From Nitrospirota bacterium (lineage in GTDB: Bacteria > Nitrospirota > Thermodesulfovibrionia > Thermodesulfovibrionales > SM23-35), in contig JBFMDO010000025.1 in the NCBI GenBank assembly GCA_040753615.1, positions 18,891-82,890 on the forward strand: DNA of 64,000 bases. Reading direction: 5' to 3'. The notes beneath the pieces were generated by a model. The model saw nothing but the letters and a program-made list of their open reading frames with translations. It had not been told where the DNA came from and did not search any database. Of the stretch, positions 58,875-64,000 are shown in pieces (position 1 is the stretch's first letter; each line of letters opens with the position of its first letter). The position numbers were made by a program, and so were the translations under genes.

Positions 58875-59076
58875 CCTGTGTCAGATAAATTTCTCCATGC
58901 AGTCGTTGTTTTATTTCTTCAGGAGATGCTGTCTCAAAAAATAATTCTAATGCCTCTTTAAGATTATCACGTGCCTGTTCAATAGTATTGCCCTGACTGG
59001 CAATATCAACTTCAGGACATAGTGATACATACCCATCTCCTTCTCGCTCAATGATTGCAGTAAGTTTTTGTATCAT
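58855..59076 (-). CDS. hicB: HicB-family antitoxin
   Basis: MIQKLTAIIEREGDGYVSLCPEVDIASQGNTIEQARDNLKEALELF. ATG at 59076 behind GGGAGG preferred over the listed start at 59118. Confidence 0.75.
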   Translation of the reverse strand: MIQKLTAIIEREGDGYVSLCPEVDIASQGNTIEQARDNLKEALELFFETASPEEIKQRLHGEIYLTQVEVAVG

Positions 59077-59289
59077 GTTACCTCCCTTTTTATTTGTTAA
59101 GTATATAAAATAATTCAAAAATAATCAGCAATAAAATAATTACACCTATCAATCTTTTTCTAAACTAAAATAACGCAAGACTCTTGATTTTGTACGAAAA
59201 AACTGCTGTGGAAAGTATTAGACTGAAGCGGTATAATTCACATCAGGGACGGTTTTAGGAATTAACCGAAGCGTGATAAAGTTTAAGAA

Positions 59290-60033
59290 ATGAATATCAG
59301 GGAGATAAAGGCAAAGAGTATCCTGTCTAAGTCTCAAGTCTATGATTATGCTTTAAACCCTTATGTTGGCTGCCAGCACGGTTGTGTCTACTGCTATGCC
59401 AAATTCATGAAGAGGGTTACAGGTCACAGGGAAAGATGGGGCGAATTTGTTGATGTAAAAATAAATGCCCCTGAGCTTTTAGCCCATGAGGTGAAGAGAA
59501 AAAAGGTGGGGAGGGTTTGGATAAGCGGGGTATGCGATCCTTATCAACCTTTAGAAAAGAGATATATGATCACAAAGAGATGTCTTGATATCCTTGTAGA
59601 AAACGGCTGGCCTTTCACAGTTCAGACCAAATCCTCTCTTGTTCTAAGGGACATCGAGACACTGAAGAAAGCAAACAATATTGAGGTCGGGTTCACCATA
59701 ACCACAGCGGATGAAAGGATTAGGAGGATATTTGAAACAGGGGCATCACTATTAAGGGAGAGGATTGAGTCATTGGCGAATCTTCACTCGGAAAAGATTA
59801 GAACCTTTGTCATGGTAGCACCGATCCTTTTAGGCGCCGAGGGGCTGGTTGGCGCGCTTAAGGGTAAGGTGGATTATGTAATTCTTGACAGGCTGAACTA
59901 TCACTATGCAGACTGGGCATACAAAAGATATGGGCTACAAAGGGCAATGGAAGACAGTTTTTTCTCGCAAAAAAAAGAGGAGATGAGAATGGCATTCGAA
60001 AGGGAGGGGATACCCTGTCAGGTAGTATTTTAA
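59290..60033 (+). CDS. radical SAM protein (SplB/COG1533-like)
   Basis: CxxxCxxC as GCQHGCVYCYA near the N-terminus; 247 aa. Confidence 0.65.
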   Translation: MNIREIKAKSILSKSQVYDYALNPYVGCQHGCVYCYAKFMKRVTGHRERWGEFVDVKINAPELLAHEVKRKKVGRVWISGVCDPYQPLEKRYMITKRCLDILVENGWPFTVQTKSSLVLRDIETLKKANNIEVGFTITTADERIRRIFETGASLLRERIESLANLHSEKIRTFVMVAPILLGAEGLVGALKGKVDYVILDRLNYHYADWAYKRYGLQRAMEDSFFSQKKEEMRMAFEREGIPCQVVF

Positions 60034-60049
60034 ACCTGATCATAGATGG

Positions 60050-60637
60050 TTACGGTGTGACTTTGACCAACTCCTTCCCTGCCTCGTAAGCCTCTTTGAG
60101 TGCAGTTGGATGCCTTAATATTTCACCCTTTGCATCTACGCCGGTATATCCCAATGTCTTATGCTCTGGAACGCTAACTGTCCTGAAAAAAGCCTTTACT
60201 GTTTTTTCTGCACATTCTATGCCGGCTGTGCCAATTTTTTCTTTCATACCGGCAACAAGCAACAAAAGTCCTTTTCTTTTATAATGACCCTCAGGAAGTG
60301 GTTTCTTAAGAAGGTATTTTTCACACCAGAATGCCTGACACCTGTCTATCATTATCTTTGCCTGTGCGCTAACACTGAAGAAGAAGATTGGCGAGGCTAA
60401 GATAATCCTGTCAGATGTCCTGATGGCTTTGTAAACCTCGGTCATATCATCCTCAAAAACACAGATCCCTGTTTCTTCACAACCGCCGCAATTCTGGCAG
60501 GGGGATATACTCATCTCATTAAGATTAAAGACTTGAACTTTTGGTCCCGATTCTTCAATTCCCCTGATTGCTTCTTTAAGAAGAAGCTCTGTATTGCCGT
60601 CTTTTCTTGGACTGCCCCAAAAAGCAATGATATTCAT
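60050..60637 (-). CDS. iron-sulfur flavoprotein / NADPH-dependent FMN reductase family
   Basis: Flavodoxin-like start IIAFWGSPRKDGNT and a compact Cys cluster CQNCGGCEETGIC. Confidence 0.75.
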   Translation of the reverse strand: MNIIAFWGSPRKDGNTELLLKEAIRGIEESGPKVQVFNLNEMSISPCQNCGGCEETGICVFEDDMTEVYKAIRTSDRIILASPIFFFSVSAQAKIMIDRCQAFWCEKYLLKKPLPEGHYKRKGLLLLVAGMKEKIGTAGIECAEKTVKAFFRTVSVPEHKTLGYTGVDAKGEILRHPTALKEAYEAGKELVKVTP

Positions 60638-60770
60638 TGTTACACAACCTTCTGATATCCCACTTTTTTAATATAATAGCATTTTCATTTTGATATTCAA
60701 AACCATTTCATAGTACAATTTTTGCTTGAATAATTTAAGAAATCTGGTATGATAATTGAAGCTGGATATT

Positions 60771-62813
60771 ATGAATAAAAGAACAGGTATCTATATATGT
60801 ACTTGTGCAACAAATATCTCTGATTATTTAGATATAGATGACCTCGTTAAGTTCACATCGAGTCTTGAAAATGTTGGGTATGTAAAGGTTCATAAACTTC
60901 TCTGTTCTGAAGAAGGCAAGAATTTTTTAAGTGATGATATATCAAAAGAAAAACCAGATTGTGTAGTTGTTGCTGCCTGCTCTCCAAAAGAACATGAAAA
61001 GACCTTCAGAAATATTCTTCAAAAAGCCGGACTAAATCCATATCTCTTGCAGATTGTTAATCTCAGAGAACAGGTTGCGTGGGTAACTTCTGATAAATCC
61101 GATGCAACAGAGAAAGCAAGGGCTTATATAAGGGCAGCGGTTAAGCGGGTGTCTTTACACGAGCCTCTTGAGAAAAAGGAGATCGAATGTAATACAGATG
61201 TGCTTATTATGGGTGCAGGTCCTGCAGGCATGGAAGCAGCATTATTGCTCGCAAAATCTGGCAGGAAGGTTTATCTGGTGGAGAAAAATTCTTTTATTGG
61301 CGGAAGGGTTGCCAGATATGAAGAGGTTTTTCCGAAGATGGAATGCGCCTCCTGCATGCTTGAACCCAAGATGGACGAGATTCTACATAATGAAAACATC
61401 GAACTGTTGACTTATAGCGAAGTTCAGGAGGTTATGGGGTCTCTCGGCAATTTTGTTGGTAAGGTACAAAAAAGAGCGAGTTTTGTGGACAAAGATAAAT
61501 GTATTGGCTGTGGTGCTTGTTATGAAGCTTGCCCTGTTAAGGTAAAGAATGAGTTCGACTATAATCTGAGTGACAGAAAGGCAATATATATTCCATATGC
61601 AGGTGCACTCCCGAATGCCCCTGTGATTGATAAAACAAATTGCCTGCGGTTCAGGAAGCAGGAACTGGAAATGGATGTAAGCAAAGAAGCACTGGATTTA
61701 GGATTAATAACAAAAGAAGAATATGAAATCTTTAAAAAAGGGGGAGGGGATTGCAAAATGTGCAAGGAAGCCTGCCCATTTGACGCAGTCAATTATGATG
61801 ACAGGGATGAACTAATAGAAAAAAACGTCGGTGGGATAATCGTGGCAACCGGCTTTGACCTTTTTGACTCAGCCACCTTGCCTGAATTCGGATACGGCAA
61901 ATTACCCGATGTGTACACCAGTCTTGAATTTGAAAGGATACTTTCACAGACAGGGCCTACAGGCGGGAAGATTTTAATGAAGAATTCAAAAGAACCTAAA
62001 TCAGTAGCAGTAATCCATTGCGTGGGCAGTCGAGATAAAAAGTTCAGGGATTACTGTTCGAGTGTTTGCTGTCTTTATGCCCTGAAGTTCTCTCACCTGA
62101 TAGCGAAGAAGGTTCCTACTGCAAAAATATACAATATATACACTGATTTATGTGTGCCTGGAAAAGATAACCAGGCATTTCTGGATTCTCTCAAGGATGA
62201 AAATAATATCCAGCTTTTACATACATCGCTTCCTCTTAATATAAAGACAGAACAAAAAGGCGGTAAAATCAGTTTGTCTTATCAGGATGTTGCTGGAAAA
62301 AATAGCGAGATTGCTGTTGACATGATAATACTCTGCCCCGCAATGATCCCGGCATTAGACACACAAAGGCTTGCAGAGATTTTTTTGATCGCACAGGGCA
62401 AGGACGGGTTTTTTGCTGAAGTACATACCAAACTTGCGCCTGTATCAACAAATATAGAAGGCATATTTATCGCTGGCTGTTCTCAAGGACCAAAAGATAT
62501 CCAGAATTCCGTTGCTCAAGGTGCTGCAGCAGCCGGACAAATTCTTTCAGCACTTGTGCCCGGCAGAAAATTGGAGCTGGAGACAATAACTGCTGAGATA
62601 GATGAGAATGCGTGTTCAGGATGCATGACATGTATAGCTCTATGTCCCTACAAGGCAATCTCTATTGATAAGGAGAAGAAGGTTGCAGTGGTGAATGAAG
62701 TTCTGTGCAAGGGTTGTGGAACCTGCGTAGCAGCATGTCCGAGCGGTGCTGCAAAAAGCAGACATTTTACTACTCAACAGATTTTTGCTGAGATTGAGGA
62801 GGTGCTGAAATAG
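60771..62813 (+). CDS. hdrA: HdrA-like heterodisulfide reductase subunit A (FAD and multiple 4Fe-4S)
   Basis: FAD fold [29 protein letters not shown]. Ferredoxin motifs [24 protein letters not shown] and [15 protein letters not shown] at 60771 preferred. Confidence 0.85.
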   Translation: MNKRTGIYICTCATNISDYLDIDDLVKFTSSLENVGYVKVHKLLCSEEGKNFLSDDISKEKPDCVVVAACSPKEHEKTFRNILQKAGLNPYLLQIVNLREQVAWVTSDKSDATEKARAYIRAAVKRVSLHEPLEKKEIECNTDVLIMGAGPAGMEAALLLAKSGRKVYLVEKNSFIGGRVARYEEVFPKMECASCMLEPKMDEILHNENIELLTYSEVQEVMGSLGNFVGKVQKRASFVDKDKCIGCGACYEACPVKVKNEFDYNLSDRKAIYIPYAGALPNAPVIDKTNCLRFRKQELEMDVSKEALDLGLITKEEYEIFKKGGGDCKMCKEACPFDAVNYDDRDELIEKNVGGIIVATGFDLFDSATLPEFGYGKLPDVYTSLEFERILSQTGPTGGKILMKNSKEPKSVAVIHCVGSRDKKFRDYCSSVCCLYALKFSHLIAKKVPTAKIYNIYTDLCVPGKDNQAFLDSLKDENNIQLLHTSLPLNIKTEQKGGKISLSYQDVAGKNSEIAVDMIILCPAMIPALDTQRLAEIFLIAQGKDGFFAEVHTKLAPVSTNIEGIFIAGCSQGPKDIQNSVAQGAAAAGQILSALVPGRKLELETITAEIDENACSGCMTCIALCPYKAISIDKEKKVAVVNEVLCKGCGTCVAACPSGAAKSRHFTTQQIFAEIEEVLK

Positions 62814-63268
62814 AGGAATTTAAGCCAGTAATAGTAGGTTTTTTATGTAACTGGTGTTCTTATGCAGGTGCAGATGCTGCAGGAAGCGCAAGGAAAACAT
62901 ATGCCCCTAATGTAAGGGTTATTCGTGTAATGTGTACTGGCAGGATTGATCCTCAGTTTATTATCAAGGCGTTTACAGAGGGGGCTGATGGCGTAATCAT
63001 ACTCGGATGCCATCCAGGAGATTGCCATTACAAAGAAGGCAATTATAAAGCCCTCCGCAGGTTTTATCTGCTAAGAAAGATGTTAAGCCAGCTGGGGATT
63101 GAAGAGGAAAGATTGAGACTGGACTGGGTTTCTGCAAGCGAGTCTGATAAATTTGTAGAAGTAATAAATGATATGGTTAAAAAGATAAAAACACTGGGGC
63201 CATTGAAAACAGCTCCCATTGTGGCGGAAGAGGTAATGGAGGATATTCAGGAAGTGAAAAATGCCTAA
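62810..63268 (+). CDS. mvhD: MvhD-like (methyl-viologen-reducing hydrogenase delta subunit family) protein, apparently starting at ATA
   Basis: The conserved N-terminus [24 protein letters not shown] lies upstream of the first ATG (62930). The frame is open only from 62798, and the only start-like in-frame codon is ATA at 62810, 6 nt after GGAGGT. Confidence 0.7.
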   Translation: MEEFKPVIVGFLCNWCSYAGADAAGSARKTYAPNVRVIRVMCTGRIDPQFIIKAFTEGADGVIILGCHPGDCHYKEGNYKALRRFYLLRKMLSQLGIEEERLRLDWVSASESDKFVEVINDMVKKIKTLGPLKTAPIVAEEVMEDIQEVKNA

Positions 63269-64000
63269 GCCAAAGGTTGCTTTCTACTGGTGCGCCTCGT
63301 GCGGAGGATGTGAAGAGGCAGTGGTTGATCTTGCTGAAGACATTCTTAAGGTTGTAGAGGCGGTAGATATTGTCTTATGGCCTGTTGCGCTGGATTTCAA
63401 GATTAAGGATGTTGAAGCATTAAATGATGGTGATATAGCAGTCAGTTTCATTAATGGAGCGATAAGAACTGAAGAGCAGGAACATGTTGCAAAACTTCTG
63501 AGGAAAAAATCAGGTTTAGTTGTGGCATTTGGTTCCTGCGCACATCTGGGGGGTATCCCTGGTCTTGCCAATTTTGTAAACCGCGCTAAGATTTTTGACT
63601 GGGTTTATCAGAATGCCCCGTCTGTCAATAATCCCAAAAAAACAATGCCTCAGGAAAAAACTGACGTAAAGGAAGGAGAGCTGACACTGCCAGAATTTTA
63701 TGACACTGTATGCACATTAGATCAGGTCATAGATGTAGATTATTATCTTCCTGGTTGCGCGCCACCTCCCAACCTGATTATGCAGGCAATAGAAGCAATA
63801 CTCTCAGGCAAGCTTCCACAGAAGGGAACAGTCCTTGCCCCGGACAAAGCCCTGTGCCATACCTGTAAAAGAAGGGATACAAAGCCTGAAAAGGCAGTTA
63901 TAAAAGAAATAAAAAGGGTTCATGAGATATTGATAGACCCGAGCAGATGTTTTTTGGACCAGGGTATTATCTGCTTGGGGCCTGCTACACGTGATGGTTG
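63261..64000 (+). CDS. mvhG: [NiFe]-hydrogenase small-subunit-like protein (MvhG / group 3 type); 3' end outside the window
   Basis: Not in the ORF track because it has no stop inside the window. My translation: [29 protein letters not shown]...[15 protein letters not shown]...[10 protein letters not shown]... 8-nt overlap with mvhD. Confidence 0.75.
   Translation, partial: MPKPKVAFYWCASCGGCEEAVVDLAEDILKVVEAVDIVLWPVALDFKIKDVEALNDGDIAVSFINGAIRTEEQEHVAKLLRKKSGLVVAFGSCAHLGGIPGLANFVNRAKIFDWVYQNAPSVNNPKKTMPQEKTDVKEGELTLPEFYDTVCTLDQVIDVDYYLPGCAPPPNLIMQAIEAILSGKLPQKGTVLAPDKALCHTCKRRDTKPEKAVIKEIKRVHEILIDPSRCFLDQGIICLGPATRDG

Noticed and set aside
60638-60770. Sigma54-like promoter upstream of hdrA (TGGTAT-N5-TTGAA)
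   Set aside because: The -12 element is TTGA rather than TTGC, and the spacing and context are poorer than at 1322-1337. Not convincing.
60771-63268. Selenocysteine (in-frame TGA) in HdrA or MvhD
   Set aside because: Both frames are uninterrupted, and the positions that are Sec in some organisms read as Cys codons here (for example CNWC).

Overview
AT-rich chromosomal segment from what looks like an anaerobic bacterium. The evidence is an HdrA-MvhD-hydrogenase small-subunit cluster, an iron-sulfur flavoprotein, a tetrahaem cytochrome c and an Aquifex-type aconitase. The phylum cannot be fixed from this window; Nitrospirota- or Thermodesulfobacteriota-like is only a guess. I support about 60 CDS, 3 tRNAs and RNase P RNA. 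Most of the window is housekeeping: rel (partial), feoA/feoB/fur, truA, dnaJ-hspR-clpB, a GH57 branching enzyme, rpsU-yqeY-NIF3-dnaG-rpoD, aconitase, lysA-dapF-pilZ-dapA, bioF/bioD, atpF'FHAGDC, xerD, a Lon-like protease, an lpxL-like gene and hdrA-mvhD-mvhG (partial). Five things stand out. (1) A six-gene operon at 1427-9424, apparently sigma54-driven, starts with a 1483-aa PilY1-like protein carrying a 30-cysteine repeat array, followed by four minor pilins and an Ig-repeat protein. This is my best candidate for something unusual. (2) A roughly 4-kb accessory islet at 32.2-36.3 kb lies next to tRNA-Glu/tRNA-Lys. It holds three toxin-antitoxin-like modules (one frameshifted, one orphan), a NERD protein, a transposase remnant and a GNAT gene followed by an attC-like hairpin. 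(3) Several families of MITE-like palindromic repeats occur, including a pair bracketing an HD-domain gene and one that supplies the stop codon of the GH57 gene. (4) Degenerate heptanucleotide tandem repeats occur at two loci, one of them in frame inside dapF. (5) mvhD has no canonical start codon; an ATA sits behind a good Shine-Dalgarno sequence. No CRISPR array, rRNA, prophage or intact transposase was seen. Novelty cannot be judged without database searches, which I could not run.
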